A stretch of 64,000 bases of DNA from NCBI GenBank assembly GCA_039028615.1, contig JBCCHT010000032.1, forward strand, positions 32,001 through 96,000, written 5' to 3'. Below are positions 17,016 through 30,158 of the stretch, in pieces. The notes beneath the pieces are model-generated. The model was given only the letters and a program-made list of their open reading frames with translations, searched no databases and was not told where the DNA came from. This DNA comes from Myxococcota bacterium (lineage in GTDB: Bacteria > Myxococcota_A > Polyangia > Nannocystales > Nannocystaceae). A program made the position numbers and the translations under genes. Positions within the stretch are counted from its first letter, which is position 1. Each line of letters begins with the position of its first letter.

Positions 17016-18142
17016 ACGGTGGATCCGAAGGGCCGGGCCGCATACGCCGTGTCGGTCCAGCCATCGCAGGTCGTCTCTGCCGTCGCCATGCTGGTGGGCG
17101 AGTCGACGCCCGTCCAGAACGCGGTGGAGGGCGTGACGGTCCCGGTCGCATCGAACAGGACCGGGGCCTCGGCGATCAGCCACTGCGAGGGATCGCCCGC
17201 GGTGGAGATCACGGTGACGCCATCGGCCCGCACCCAGTCGCCGCCGTCGAGAGCGTGTCGCTCCCAGAGCGTCTCGCCGGGCTCCGCCATCAGGGCGAGG
17301 ACGGTGCCCTCCAACCCGGCGGCGTTGGCCTCGAGTGCACACAGGTCATCGGCGGCTTGGCGCCCCGCATCGGCGGTCAGCAATCCCGCCGTCGCGAAGA
17401 TGCGTCGCGCGTCGGCGGGCGGAGTGGGGGCGGGCTGCGGCGCATCGGCGTCGATCCCCAGGCACAACAGGTGGCCCGTGTTCGCGCAGGAGAACAGCAC
17501 GAAGTCGACCCAGTACCGGTCGCCGCCGTCGGTATAGCCCCCGCGTCCGCGAACCTTGCCGTCGGTGGATTGCCAGTTTTCGCAGTGCTCGGGCGCGACC
17601 AGGCCGCTACGCAGGCTCCCCGTGAACGCGCTCGCGACCCCGTTGCCGTTCACCAGCGTGCCGGACTCGGTGTACATCAGGGGATAGCTGATCTGTCCCG
17701 AGGTCAGCGCTTGGCGATCGGTCGCGAACACGCGGCCGTCGGTGCGGGTCCAGCCGTTGGCGGAGCCCAGCCGGGTCACGGCGTCGGCGGTGCTGTCGGA
17801 CAGGTACGCGACATAGCTCCCGGGGAGCCCGGCCTCCGATGCGCGGTCGTTGCAGATGGCATCCGCGGCCGCCAAACCCCCGAACGAAGGGTTGTGGGCG
17901 GTGGAGGTCACGAATGCCAGGTTCATCTCGACCACGGGCCCTCGCGCCGTCGATTCGTCGCCCGAGCCCCCGCTGCTGTCGGAGCCGCTCGTCTGCGAAC
18001 CCGTCGAGGTGCTCTCACCCGTGGTCGGTACATTCGCGTAGCTGGGGTCGATCTCGACGCAGCCGGTCGTGCTGCCCACGACCACGAAGGACGCCGCGGT
18101 CAGCCAGCCTCGGGCCACGCATCGCGGAGTTCGACATGCCAT
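16940..18142 (-). CDS. Secreted/lipoprotein with two DUF1554-like (collagen NC10/C-type lectin-like) domains
   Basis: Ser/Thr/Gly linker, then duplicated 'AFVTS..GGLAAADAIC..A..AGL.G.Y.A..S' and 'W.R.DG', with 'C..W' and 'LLC' motifs. Confidence 0.75.
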   Translation of the reverse strand: MACRTPRCVARGWLTAASFVVVGSTTGCVEIDPSYANVPTTGESTSTGSQTSGSDSSGGSGDESTARGPVVEMNLAFVTSTAHNPSFGGLAAADAICNDRASEAGLPGSYVAYLSDSTADAVTRLGSANGWTRTDGRVFATDRQALTSGQISYPLMYTESGTLVNGNGVASAFTGSLRSGLVAPEHCENWQSTDGKVRGRGGYTDGGDRYWVDFVLFSCANTGHLLCLGIDADAPQPAPTPPADARRIFATAGLLTADAGRQAADDLCALEANAAGLEGTVLALMAEPGETLWERHALDGGDWVRADGVTVISTAGDPSQWLIAEAPVLFDATGTVTPSTAFWTGVDSPTSMATAETTCDGWTDTAYAARPFGSTVYAEWILPSASSDCSAEWSVVCLQQ

Positions 18143-18459
18143 CGTGAAGGTGTGCGTGCGGCGGGTCGTGACAACGACGAACCGCTGTACGCAGAGTACA
18201 CCGCAAAATCACTACGCATGCGTCGGGGATCCAACCCGGGCAACCCTCACGACGATCTCGTCATGCTCGCGACGTCGAGGTGGCCCACAATTGCACAAAC
18301 TTCATACGCGGCGTCAGCTTCGTTAGACCTCCGGGGAATCTCGGGCGCGACCTCGGACGAGCCGGCCCTCGAATGCCCTCGAAACGACCGCAAACGAGCG
18401 CTCCAGCGCTCTTCACGCTGTACGTCTCGGATACTCTGAAGCAGTCGGGTGACCGGGCG

Positions 18460-20540
<2,081 letters not shown>

Positions 20541-20544
<4 letters not shown>

Positions 20545-21425
20545 TGCGAGCCCGGGCCGGGAAGGCGTGGCTGGTCGCGGGGACACTGGCGATGGGCACC
20601 GTGCCGGGTGTCGTCCGTGCCGAGCCCGTGTCCGCCGTACCCGAAGCACCCGGCGACAGCGCCAGCCCACGAGGCACGGGCACGACGGTGGTGGTGCTCC
20701 CCGTGCGGCTGTCGGGTGAGCTGCCCCCCGGGACCGACGCCGAGGTTCGCGGGTTGCTCGAGACCAACCTGGCGCAGGAGGGCCTCGAGCTCACCGATGC
20801 GGATGCCGGGGTCGCGGCCGAGTGCGACGCGGCCTGCCGCAGCGCGACCGCGGGCCGCCTCTCCGCTGCGTTCCTCGTGCAGGCGGACGTCGTGGGCTCC
20901 GAGGACGAGTACTCGGTCACCGTGACGCTCTTCGACGGCACCACGGGGCAACCGCTGGCGCCCTTCGAAGCCGAGTGCTCCATCTGCGGCTTCGTCGAGG
21001 TCCGCGACATGGTGCGCCTGCGCGCGATGGATGCACGCGCCGAGATTGTCCGCCGCGCTCGTGAGATGGAGACGACGACCGAGGTGAAGCCGCCGCCTCC
21101 GGTCACCGATGAGCCCCGGCCTCGATCGCCGCTGCTGTCGGCGGGGTGGGCCTTGGTCGGGGCGGGAGCCGGCGCGACGCTCGGCGGCGTGGTGCTCATG
21201 TCGATGCACAAACAAAGTGCCGGTTGCGCCACCAACCCTCGCGGAGGGGAGTGCGTGCCGCTGCGCTACACCACGCTCCCGGCGGGCGCCGCGTTGCTCG
21301 GCGCTGGCGTGGCGGTGACGGTGGCCGGGGTCATCATGGTGCTTCGCGGGCGTCGCAAGTCGGCGCGACCGCCCTCCCAGGCACGCGTACGAAGCCACGG
21401 TGCCGGCCTGGCCTTGCGCTTCTGA
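20541..21425 (+). CDS. Hypothetical exported/membrane protein, translationally coupled to the kinase
   Basis: Signal peptide; TolB-N/CsgG-like alpha/beta segment with Cys pairs (CDAAC, CSIC); two Gly-rich hydrophobic C-terminal helices; terminal Phe. Confidence 0.65.
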
Positions 21426-21486
21426 GCGGCACGGGTGCGCACCCTCGTGCGCGCAGGTGACGGGGTATCGTCGCCCCGAGTTCATC

Positions 21487-22908
21487 ATGTCCGAGACGCG
21501 TCGTCGCGATTTCTTGCGCTGGCTCGGGGCCGGGTCCGTCGGTCTCTCCCTGCCGGCCTGTGCTCCATCGAAGCCCTCCACCACCACCACCACTCCCGAA
21601 CCGGCTGCCGCTGCGCCTGCGACCCCGGTCGTGCCTGCACGCCGCGGCAAGAGTGTGGCCGGCTTGGTCGTGCCCAAGCTCGACACGGTTCGGGTCGGCT
21701 TGATCGGCCTGGGGCGCCGAGGCTCGGGTCACGTGATCCACATGTGCAACCTCGAGGGAGTGGAGGTCACCGCGCTGTGTGATCTTCGACCGGAGCCGCT
21801 GGCGCGATCGCAGCGAGAGGTGGTCGCGCGGGGCCGGCCCGAGCCCGCGACCTACGGCGGGAGCGAGGACGCCTATCTCGAGCTTCTCAAGCGTGATGAT
21901 GTCGATGTGGTCATCATCTCCACGCCCTGGCGTTTTCATGCGCCGATGGCCATCGATGCGATGCGCGCGGGCAAGCACGTGCTGCTCGAGGTGCCCGCCG
22001 CGTTGAGCGTGCAGGAGTGCTGGGACCTGGTCGATACCGCCGAGCAGACCCAGCTCAACTGCATGATGCTCGAGAACGTCTGCTACGGGCGCGACGAGCT
22101 GATGGTGCTCAACATGGTGCGCCAGGGGGTGTTCGGAGAGCTGCTGCACGGGGAAGCGGCCTATATCCACGAGCTGCGCTTCCAGATGCACGACCTCACC
22201 GAGGGCACGGGCTTTTGGCGCACGGGCTGGCACGCCGAGCGCAACGGCAACCTCTATCCCACGCACGGGCTGGGGCCCATCTCCCAGTACATGGGCATCA
22301 ACCGGGGCGATCGCTTCGACTATCTCAGCTCGTTCAGCTCCCCCGCCCGCGGGCGCCAGCGCTACGCCGAGGCCAACTTCCCGCCCGAGAATCAGCGCAA
22401 CCAGGTGCGCTACATCTGCGGGGACATCAACACCACCGTGATCAAGACCAACGGCGGGCGCACGATCATGGTGCAGCACGACACCACCACGCCGCGGCCC
22501 TACTCGCGCCACAACCTGATCCAGGGCACCAAGGGGGTGTTCGGGGGCTTCCCCAATCGCATCGCCATCGAGCGCCCCGAAGAAGGCAAAGACGCGAGCT
22601 ACCACCGCTGGGACGGGAACATGGAGCCCTGGTACCAGCAGTACGACCACCCGCTGTGGACGCGGATGGGGACCGAGGCCGAGCGCAACGGCGGCCACGG
22701 GGGCATGGATTTTCTGATGTTCTGGCGGACGATTTCCTGCCTGCGCAACGGCGAGCCGCTCGACCAAGACGTCTACGACGCCGCCGCGTGGTCGGTGCTG
22801 GTGCCGCTCACCGCCGAGTCCGTCGCCAATCGCAGCCGCTCGGTCGATGTCCCCGATTTCACCCGCGGGGAGTTCGTCGACCGGACCCCGCTGCCCGTCG
22901 TGCGCTGA
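21487..22908 (+). CDS. Gfo/Idh/MocA family NAD-dependent glycoside hydrolase GH109 (alpha-N-acetylgalactosaminidase-like), Tat-exported
   Basis: Tat motif [63 protein letters not shown]. Confidence 0.92.
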   Translation: MSETRRRDFLRWLGAGSVGLSLPACAPSKPSTTTTTPEPAAAAPATPVVPARRGKSVAGLVVPKLDTVRVGLIGLGRRGSGHVIHMCNLEGVEVTALCDLRPEPLARSQREVVARGRPEPATYGGSEDAYLELLKRDDVDVVIISTPWRFHAPMAIDAMRAGKHVLLEVPAALSVQECWDLVDTAEQTQLNCMMLENVCYGRDELMVLNMVRQGVFGELLHGEAAYIHELRFQMHDLTEGTGFWRTGWHAERNGNLYPTHGLGPISQYMGINRGDRFDYLSSFSSPARGRQRYAEANFPPENQRNQVRYICGDINTTVIKTNGGRTIMVQHDTTTPRPYSRHNLIQGTKGVFGGFPNRIAIERPEEGKDASYHRWDGNMEPWYQQYDHPLWTRMGTEAERNGGHGGMDFLMFWRTISCLRNGEPLDQDVYDAAAWSVLVPLTAESVANRSRSVDVPDFTRGEFVDRTPLPVVR

Positions 22909-22962
22909 TTTTTTCGGTCGAGTCGAGACCCATTGCCCAGCGTCGTGCGTTCAACGGCCCCC

Positions 22963-24351
22963 ATGTCGAGGTCGCTGCCCATCGTCTGTTCGTTGTTCGC
23001 ATCTGTGGCCGGCTGCGCCTCGACCTCGAGCCCTGCCCACGCCCCGGGGGCCGGCTCCGAATCCTCATCCGCGACGGAGGCCGAGTCCCCGCCGCCCGTG
23101 CTGCGCTGGCGGGCGATGTCGGCCGACGGCGCGCCCGTGGGGCGAGAGGACCACTCCGCGATCTGGACGGGGCAGGAGATGATCGTGTGGGGCGGCGAGA
23201 CCCGAGGCGGCGGCAACCAGCCGCTCGACAGCGGGGCGCGCTATGTCCCGGCGGAGGATCGCTGGGCGCCCATCTCCAGCGTCGGCGTGCCCGATCGCCG
23301 CAACGACCATACGGCGGTGTGGACGGGCACGGAGATGATCGTGTGGGGCGGCAACCAGCGCGACGAAGACTCGGAGCTGCTGGCCTCGGGCGGTCGCTAC
23401 GATCCGGCCCACGATCGCTGGACCCCCACCGCGGGTGGTCCTCTGTCTCCGCGCGACGATCCGACCGCGGTGTGGACGGGCACGGAGATGATCATCTGGG
23501 GCGGTCGAACCTTGGGCATGCAGCACGTGGGCTCGGGGGCTCGATACTCGCCGTACCGTGACGCCTGGGTGCTGACGAGCACGCAGGGCGCCCCGGAGCC
23601 TCGCGAGGACCACACGGCGGTGTGGACGGGCACGGAGATGATCGTGTGGGGAGGCTGGTCGGGGTACGACGACGATCGCCATCACCACGGCGACGGAGGC
23701 CGCTACGATCCCGAGACGGATACCTGGCGGACGATGTCCACCGTCGGCGCTCCCGAGCCCCGCGAAGACCATACGGCGGTGTGGACAGGCACGGAGATGA
23801 TCGTGTGGGGCGGCGTGGTGCATCGCTATGCCGAGCCCGAGCCGTCCGCCGAGGCTGCGAGCGAGCATGCCGACGAGGACGCCAGTGAAGACGCCGAGGC
23901 GCCCGAGGCCGCGGAGGCCATCGCCATCGAGCGCGTGGAGCCGGAGCTCGAAGACGCGCTCGACGATGCCGAAGAAGTCTCCTTCGAGTACGGCAAGGGC
24001 GGCCGCGGGCGGCTCGTCCAGCTCGGCAACGGTGCGGCCTACGACCCCGTCTCCGATACCTGGCGCCCCATCACCACGGTGGGTGCACCCGAGCCGCGCG
24101 AGGACCACGTGGCGGTTTGGCTGGGCGACGAGCTCCTCGTCTGGGGCGGCCGCCGGGGCACCGCAATGCTGGCCACGGGAGCGCTGTACGACCCGCGGCG
24201 GGATCGCTGGCGCCCGGTGAGCGCCGACGAGCCCCCGACCGCACGCTGGAACCACACCGCGGTGCTCGCGGGGGACCAGGTGATCATCTGGGGCGGATAC
24301 GCCGACGGCTACCCACAACGGGGCGCCCGCATCGTTCCGTCACGTCTCTAG
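22963..24351 (+). CDS. Kelch-repeat beta-propeller lipoprotein
   Basis: Lipobox VAGC; seven 'R.DH.AVWTGTEMIVWGG...G.RYDP..D.W' repeats with an acidic insertion. Confidence 0.9.
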   Translation: MSRSLPIVCSLFASVAGCASTSSPAHAPGAGSESSSATEAESPPPVLRWRAMSADGAPVGREDHSAIWTGQEMIVWGGETRGGGNQPLDSGARYVPAEDRWAPISSVGVPDRRNDHTAVWTGTEMIVWGGNQRDEDSELLASGGRYDPAHDRWTPTAGGPLSPRDDPTAVWTGTEMIIWGGRTLGMQHVGSGARYSPYRDAWVLTSTQGAPEPREDHTAVWTGTEMIVWGGWSGYDDDRHHHGDGGRYDPETDTWRTMSTVGAPEPREDHTAVWTGTEMIVWGGVVHRYAEPEPSAEAASEHADEDASEDAEAPEAAEAIAIERVEPELEDALDDAEEVSFEYGKGGRGRLVQLGNGAAYDPVSDTWRPITTVGAPEPREDHVAVWLGDELLVWGGRRGTAMLATGALYDPRRDRWRPVSADEPPTARWNHTAVLAGDQVIIWGGYADGYPQRGARIVPSRL

Positions 24352-24914
24352 GGCTCGTAGCCGTCCCACTGGTGCAGGGCGAAGCCCTCTTGGCCGCAAG
24401 GATCTCGCACCACCGCCTGCAGGGCGCTGCTGCCCCAGTCGTCGAAGAACATGCGGATGCCGTACTCCTCGACGTTGCCGTCGACCATGCGCCAGGGCTG
24501 GTCGCCGCCCAGGACCAGTCGCTCGTCGAAGCCTCCGTCCTCGCAGGGGACGTCCTCGGGCAGGCACTCGTCGTCTTGGAAGTAGGTGAGGGTCACCTCG
24601 ACGCGGTCGTAGTGCGCGGGGTCGATGCCCCCGATGCGTAGCGCGATGAACGAGTGCCCTCCGCCGCCCTGCGGCCCCGAGTACTGCACGGGGCTTCCGG
24701 CCAGGGTCTGGAACTCGTCGGCGCCTTGGCCCAGGGTGACGTCGAGATCGCCCATCAGCTCGCAGGTGGGATCGAGCTCGAACTCGCTGGGATTCTCGCA
24801 GCCCTGACAGTCGGGCTCGGGCCCGAAGTTCTGCGGCTCGGACCCACCGAAGAGGAAGCAGTTGCATGCCATCAGGCACCCCAGCAGACCCAGGGAGTGG
24901 AGCGCGGCTCTCAT
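24348..24914 (-). CDS. Hypothetical Cys-containing lipoprotein
   Basis: LMAC lipobox; 'GPQGGGGH' motif typical of myxobacterial lipoproteins; good codon bias. Confidence 0.7.
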   Translation of the reverse strand: MRAALHSLGLLGCLMACNCFLFGGSEPQNFGPEPDCQGCENPSEFELDPTCELMGDLDVTLGQGADEFQTLAGSPVQYSGPQGGGGHSFIALRIGGIDPAHYDRVEVTLTYFQDDECLPEDVPCEDGGFDERLVLGGDQPWRMVDGNVEEYGIRMFFDDWGSSALQAVVRDPCGQEGFALHQWDGYEP

Positions 24915-25155
24915 CTGTCCAGGTAGTGCCGCGACCGGGCGTTTCGATCGAGCGTGGGCCTAGAAAAAATCGCGCGGGGGAGCATCCTGCGCACCGTCGG
25001 GGTGGCAACTGTTCGAGCCACGCGGCTACTGCTTCCAGGGCGGTGCTCAGAGGCCGAAATCCGGCACTACGGGCCGAATTCTTGATGCGGTGAAGAGATG
25101 CGGGACATGTGGGTACTCCCCGTGCACCTTCGCTTCGCCTGTCGCGACTTCGCCG

Positions 25156-26577
25156 ATGACCACCTGCACGAACGACGCCTTGCTCACCCAGTCGCCCGCT
25201 CGGGCGTTGCGTGGACTCACAATCCCCGGGGTGCTCTCGCACCTGACCCTCATGGTCTTCGTGCTGGCCGACATGTACTTCGTGGGGCTGCTCGGTCCCG
25301 AGTCGCTCGCCGCGATGTCGTTCACGGTGCCGGTCGGGCTGTTCATCTTCACCGCCGCCGTCGGCCTGGGCTTCGGGGTCACCTCCAAGGTCTCCCACGC
25401 CTGGGGCAACGGCGACGCGACGCGGGCCCGCGGCCTGGCCACCGACGGGTTGCTCATGATGCTGGCCATCGTGGGCCTGATGTGCGGGCTGGGCCTGGCG
25501 ACGGTGGACCCGGTGTTCCGGGCGATGGGGGCGGGCGAGACCTCGCGCGTGCTCATCAGCGAGTACATGACGCCCTGGTACTTCGCGATGGTCGTGCTGG
25601 CGCTGCTCATCGCCGCCAATGCCATCCTGCGAGGAGCGGGGGACACCAAGACTCCGCTGCGCGTGTCGGCGCTGGCGGCCGGCCTGAACATCGCGCTCGA
25701 TCCTTGCTTGATGTTCGGCCTCGGCCCCTTCCCCGAGCTCGGCCTGGTGGGCGCGGTCCATGCCACGTTGATCTCGGCGGTGGTGGGCACCTCCTATGCC
25801 CTGTACGCGCTGTGCCTGCGCGACCGCCTGGTCAGCTCCGAGGGCTGGTCGGGTTCGCGGATGTTCGAGTCCTGGCGAGAGCTCATCGCGGTCGCCGTGC
25901 CCGGCATCGCCATCGCGGCCGTGCCCCCGCTGGGGCTGGCCATCGTGACCTCGTTGGTCGCCCGCGATGCGGAGACGAGCGTGGCCGCGTACGCGGTCGG
26001 CAGCCGCATCGAGGTGCTCGTGGTCGCGGTCCCGGCCGGGCTGTGCGACGCCCTGCTCGCCTACGTGGGTCAGAACGCGGGCGCGGGACGACTCGACCGG
26101 GTACGTGAGGGCATGCGCCACGCCATCGTCTGGGCAGCGGTGGCGGGCGTGGCCGTGTGTGCGCTGCTCGTTCCCTTGGCGCCGACCTTGGCCGCGTTGT
26201 TCACCGCCGAGCCCATCGTGCAGGCGGGCGTGGTGTCGTACTTGCGCATCATCTCAGTCAGCTATGCGCTGCTGGGCATCGCGATGATCGCAAGCCCCAT
26301 GTTCTTGGGGCTGCAGCGGCCGGGCATGGCCTTCGTGGTCGCCACGTTGCGGATGATCGTGCTGATGGTGCCCGCGGCGATCGTCGGGCTGCTCGTGGCG
26401 GGTCTGCCCGGGGTGCTGGTGGGCATCGCCATCGCCAACGTCGTGGGTGGGCTCTTCGCTTGGGCGATCTCGGCTCGGGCCTTGGGCTGGTTGCCCTCGG
26501 GTCGGGAAATGTGGGCGTTGCTCAAGGGCAGGTTCGCGTCGCGGCCGATGGCGACTGTTGCCAGGGTGAGGTCCTGA
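25156..26577 (+). CDS. MATE family efflux transporter
   Basis: D..FVG.LG..SLAA, LRGAGDTKTP, LNIALDP..FG, VGQNAGAG..DR; about 12 TM. Confidence 0.92.
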   Translation: MTTCTNDALLTQSPARALRGLTIPGVLSHLTLMVFVLADMYFVGLLGPESLAAMSFTVPVGLFIFTAAVGLGFGVTSKVSHAWGNGDATRARGLATDGLLMMLAIVGLMCGLGLATVDPVFRAMGAGETSRVLISEYMTPWYFAMVVLALLIAANAILRGAGDTKTPLRVSALAAGLNIALDPCLMFGLGPFPELGLVGAVHATLISAVVGTSYALYALCLRDRLVSSEGWSGSRMFESWRELIAVAVPGIAIAAVPPLGLAIVTSLVARDAETSVAAYAVGSRIEVLVVAVPAGLCDALLAYVGQNAGAGRLDRVREGMRHAIVWAAVAGVAVCALLVPLAPTLAALFTAEPIVQAGVVSYLRIISVSYALLGIAMIASPMFLGLQRPGMAFVVATLRMIVLMVPAAIVGLLVAGLPGVLVGIAIANVVGGLFAWAISARALGWLPSGREMWALLKGRFASRPMATVARVRS

Positions 26578-26711
26578 GGTCGACGACCGACGCACGGATT
26601 GGATTGATGCGGGCGTAGTCTCGGCTACGCCGTGGAGAACCGAACGGTGTTCGTCTCCTCCGAGTCGAGGCGGCTCGGGGTGGTACGCGATTTGCTTTTG
26701 ACGCAGGCGGA

Positions 26712-29612
26712 ATGACTGCTGCCGGCGATCGGGCGACGCGCGAGGGGGGAAGTGTTCCCACCATGGTCGACGAGGAGTCGGGTCAGCCACGCCCCGGAGA
26801 GCCGGCGGTCGGCGCCACCATCGGTCGCTACCAGATCCTCTCCCGCGTCGGGGCCGGAGCGATGGGAGCCGTGTTCGCGGCGCACGATCCGATGCTCGCC
26901 CGACGGATCGCCTTGAAGGTCCTGCACCCGGGGCGGCGAGGGCCGGTGGCGCAGCAACGCCTGCTGCGCGAGGCCCAGGCGCTGGCGCGGCTCGGTCATC
27001 CCAACGTGGTCACCGTCAACGACGTGGGCACGGAGGGCGACCTGCTGTACATCGCCATGGAGCTCGTCGAGGGGCAGAGCTTGGGCAAGTGGCTCGAGGC
27101 CTCACCGCGAGCATGGTCCGAGGTGCTCGACATCGTGCTGCAGGCGGGGCGAGGCCTGGCTGCGGTGCACCGGGCCGACCTCGTGCACCGCGATTTCAAG
27201 CCCGAGAACGTGATGGTCAGCGAGGGGCGGGCGCTCGTCGCCGACTTCGGCATCGCACAGAGCAAGGACGACGACGACTGGGCCGGGTCGAGCGATTCGA
27301 TGCCTTCGCGCGGTGGCGATGATGGCCGACACCTCGAGATCTCCGACCGGCTGACGCAGACGGGGACGATGCTCGGCACGCCGCGCTACATGGCCCCCGA
27401 GCAGTTCCTGAGTGAGCCGGTCGACTCGCGCACCGATCAGTTTTCGTTTTGCATCGTGCTGTGGGAGGCGCTGTACGGCCAGCATCCCTTCTCGGCGGGC
27501 TCGCTGACGTCACTGACGATGTCGATCACTTTGGGCGAGCTGCAGCCGCCGCCGTCGGGGCACGGCGTGCCGCCGCGGATCCATCGGGTCTTGGTCCGAG
27601 GGCTGTCCACGCGGCCCGCCGATCGCTTCGCGTCGATGCCGGCGCTGCTGAGCGAGCTGGAGCGGGCCGCGGCCCCTCGTCAGAAGGCGCTGGTGCTGGG
27701 CGTCGTCGCGGCCCTGGCCGTGGGTGGGGTTGCCCTCGCGGCGTATTTGCCCGCCTCGAGCACCACCGCGTGCGACGGGCGAGGGAGCATGGACGCCACG
27801 TGGGGCCCCGACGATGCGCGGCAGCTGCAGGAGGCCTTCGAAGCGACCGGCATCCCGATGGCGCGGGCCAACGGTCAGCAGGTCGTGCGGCGGCTCGAAG
27901 ACTACGCCGAGCGCTGGGTGCAGGCCCATGGCGCCCAGTGTCTCGAGCGGCGGGACGCGGATGCCGAGACCCAGATCCTGCTCGATCGTCGGATCGCTTG
28001 CTTGAAGGAGCGGCGAGGGAGCCTGGACGCGCTGATCCAGGTCTTGCAGGACCCCGATCCCACCATCGTCGAGAATGCGGCGAGCGCCGTGCTGGAGCTC
28101 GGTGAACTCTCGGCCTGTGCCGACGACGAGCGCCTGGCCGCCGAGGCGGAGCGTACGGTCGAACCCCGCCTGGCCGCGCGGGTCGAGGATGCGCAGCAGC
28201 AGCTCGACCAGGTCCGGGCTCTACAGTCGGCCAGAGCCGACGATCGTGGGCTGGAGCGGCTCGACGAGATCGAGGCCCAGCTCCGTAGCATCGATTACTT
28301 GCCGCTCCAGGCCGAGGTGTCCTTCCTCCGCGGCACGCTGCTCGACCACCAAGGCGAAAGCGATCGGGGACGGGCGGAGGTCGAGCGGGCCTTCGAGATC
28401 GCGACGGCGCAGGGCATGGACGAACTGGTGGCCAAGTCGGCGTTGCGCTTGACCAACATCGCATGGACCATGGGCGCGACCGCCGATCAAGCGCGTCGAT
28501 GGGCTCGCCACGCCGACGCGGCCATCGCTCGTCTTGGCCGCCCACCTCGGCTGCAGGTCGACTACCTGGAGTTTTCGTCCTTCGTCCTCGAGCGCGAGGG
28601 CAACCACCGGGAGGCGCAAGCCTTGCTTCGCGAGGCCCTGGCCCTCGTGCAGCGAGAGATGCCCGACAACCAGGTCGCGGCTTCGCATGTGCACTCGGCT
28701 CTGGGTCGGATCGCGTTGATGCTCGGCGAACACGACGAGGCCATCGAGCAGTACGGGCTCGCGCACGACCGGCTCACGGCCGCACTGGGCGAGGCGCACC
28801 CGGGGGCGGTGAGCATCCTGGGGTCGATGCAGGAGGTCTATCGGGCGCAGGGCAAGTTCGCCGAGGCGCACGCTCTGGACGAGCGGGTGTTCCCGCTGCT
28901 GGTCGCTGCGTACGGACCCAAACACCCCGAGGTGGTCAGCATGCTCGTCAAGCGGGGGTCGTTGCTCGCCTCCGAGGGCTTTGCCGAGGATGCGCTCGAG
29001 TACTACGGCCGGGCGCTCCGGATCACCGAGGAGCGCTACGGCCCCGACCATACCGGGGTGGGGGTCATTCGCTCCAATCGCGGGGTCGTGCTGAGTTCGA
29101 TTGGACGCCACGATGAAGCGGTGGCCGATCAGCGTCGGGCCTTGCGAATCGCGGAAGCGGTGTTTCCCGCCGAGCACCGGCGGATCGCCATCGCGCTGGA
29201 CAATCTGGGCTCTGCGCTGGTGGGCGCCGGGCGGCCTGCCGAGGCAATTCCCCTGCACCGCCGCAGTCTGCCGATCTGGTCCCGCCAGGGGGATCACTCC
29301 CCGAGCCTGGCCATCTCGCTCACCGACCAGGCGCTGGCGTTGCTCGAGCACGGTGAATCGGCCGAGGCGGTGCCGCTGGTCGAGCGGGCGGTGAAGATCT
29401 TCGAGTCTCGGACCATCGATCCGCTAGAGCTGGCCCGAGCCCGCTTCACCCTGGCGCGGTCGCTCGCGGCGAGCAACCGGGACTCGGCTCGCGCCCGACA
29501 GCTGGCCTCTCGTGCCCGTGCGGCCTATGTCGACGGCGGCGAGCGACGGTACGAACACGTGGACGCCATCGATCTGTGGACCCAGGGTCTTCAGGCCGCG
29601 GACGACGGGTAG
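26712..29612 (+). CDS. Ser/Thr protein kinase with TM and kinesin-light-chain-like TPR array
   Basis: VGAGAMG, IALK, HRDFKPEN, DFGIA, GTPRYMAPEQ; G..HP TPR repeats. Confidence 0.93.
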   Translation: MTAAGDRATREGGSVPTMVDEESGQPRPGEPAVGATIGRYQILSRVGAGAMGAVFAAHDPMLARRIALKVLHPGRRGPVAQQRLLREAQALARLGHPNVVTVNDVGTEGDLLYIAMELVEGQSLGKWLEASPRAWSEVLDIVLQAGRGLAAVHRADLVHRDFKPENVMVSEGRALVADFGIAQSKDDDDWAGSSDSMPSRGGDDGRHLEISDRLTQTGTMLGTPRYMAPEQFLSEPVDSRTDQFSFCIVLWEALYGQHPFSAGSLTSLTMSITLGELQPPPSGHGVPPRIHRVLVRGLSTRPADRFASMPALLSELERAAAPRQKALVLGVVAALAVGGVALAAYLPASSTTACDGRGSMDATWGPDDARQLQEAFEATGIPMARANGQQVVRRLEDYAERWVQAHGAQCLERRDADAETQILLDRRIACLKERRGSLDALIQVLQDPDPTIVENAASAVLELGELSACADDERLAAEAERTVEPRLAARVEDAQQQLDQVRALQSARADDRGLERLDEIEAQLRSIDYLPLQAEVSFLRGTLLDHQGESDRGRAEVERAFEIATAQGMDELVAKSALRLTNIAWTMGATADQARRWARHADAAIARLGRPPRLQVDYLEFSSFVLEREGNHREAQALLREALALVQREMPDNQVAASHVHSALGRIALMLGEHDEAIEQYGLAHDRLTAALGEAHPGAVSILGSMQEVYRAQGKFAEAHALDERVFPLLVAAYGPKHPEVVSMLVKRGSLLASEGFAEDALEYYGRALRITEERYGPDHTGVGVIRSNRGVVLSSIGRHDEAVADQRRALRIAEAVFPAEHRRIAIALDNLGSALVGAGRPAEAIPLHRRSLPIWSRQGDHSPSLAISLTDQALALLEHGESAEAVPLVERAVKIFESRTIDPLELARARFTLARSLAASNRDSARARQLASRARAAYVDGGERRYEHVDAIDLWTQGLQAADDG

Positions 29613-29959
29613 AGCCGTCGCCCGGTCTCCCACGACGCGATCGCCAGCGCCAGCGCAGCCGTCGCGGGCGCGAACTCTCCGTCACCGATGGCGACATGGG
29701 CCGTGGCAGCGAGGATGAGCTCGTAGAAGAACCCGGCGTAGGCCAGGTTGGTGAGCAGCGGGGACTTGCGGGTCAGGATCGCGGTCAGCCCCAGGAGCTT
29801 GGCGATTGCCAACGGACAGATGATGTACGCGGGGTAGCCGAGGGTCGCGAACTTGTCGGCGACCATGTCGTGCTGCACGAAGTACATCACTGCGCCCATC
29901 CCGATGAGCGCGGTGAACAGCCCGGTGGTGATGCGGTACGTCAGCTTGGTTTTGTTCAT
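29591..29959 (-). CDS. DoxX-like small membrane protein
   Basis: LGYP.Y..LAIAKLLG, AYAGFF..LILA..H; four TM. Confidence 0.85.
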   Translation of the reverse strand: MNKTKLTYRITTGLFTALIGMGAVMYFVQHDMVADKFATLGYPAYIICPLAIAKLLGLTAILTRKSPLLTNLAYAGFFYELILAATAHVAIGDGEFAPATAALALAIASWETGRRLYPSSAA

Positions 29960-30158
29960 CGTGCTCGCAAGCTAGGGCGCACCCGCGGACGCTTCGACGC
30001 TCGAGTTTGCGTACCGGCCGTGCATTCGTGCACAGCCCCATGAACTCCCGAATTCGGCCGTGAACGGTGGATCTGAGGTGTTCCACCGGGCGGGGCCAGG
30101 CAAGGCTGGCCACGACCGTGCTGCCGTGCACGGCCGTGGTGCGCCAAAGGCGAGGGGC

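Noticed and set aside
23140..23815. Near-identical approx. 40-bp DNA repeats (ACGGCGGTGTGGACGGGCACGGAGATGATCGTGTGGGG) resembling a CRISPR array
   Set aside because: They are in frame within the Kelch gene (TAVWTGTEMIVWG), spacing is about 150 bp, and no cas genes are present.
25156..26577. MATE transporter as exporter for the RiPP
   Set aside because: It is 8 kb away with unrelated genes in between; nothing in the sequence links them.
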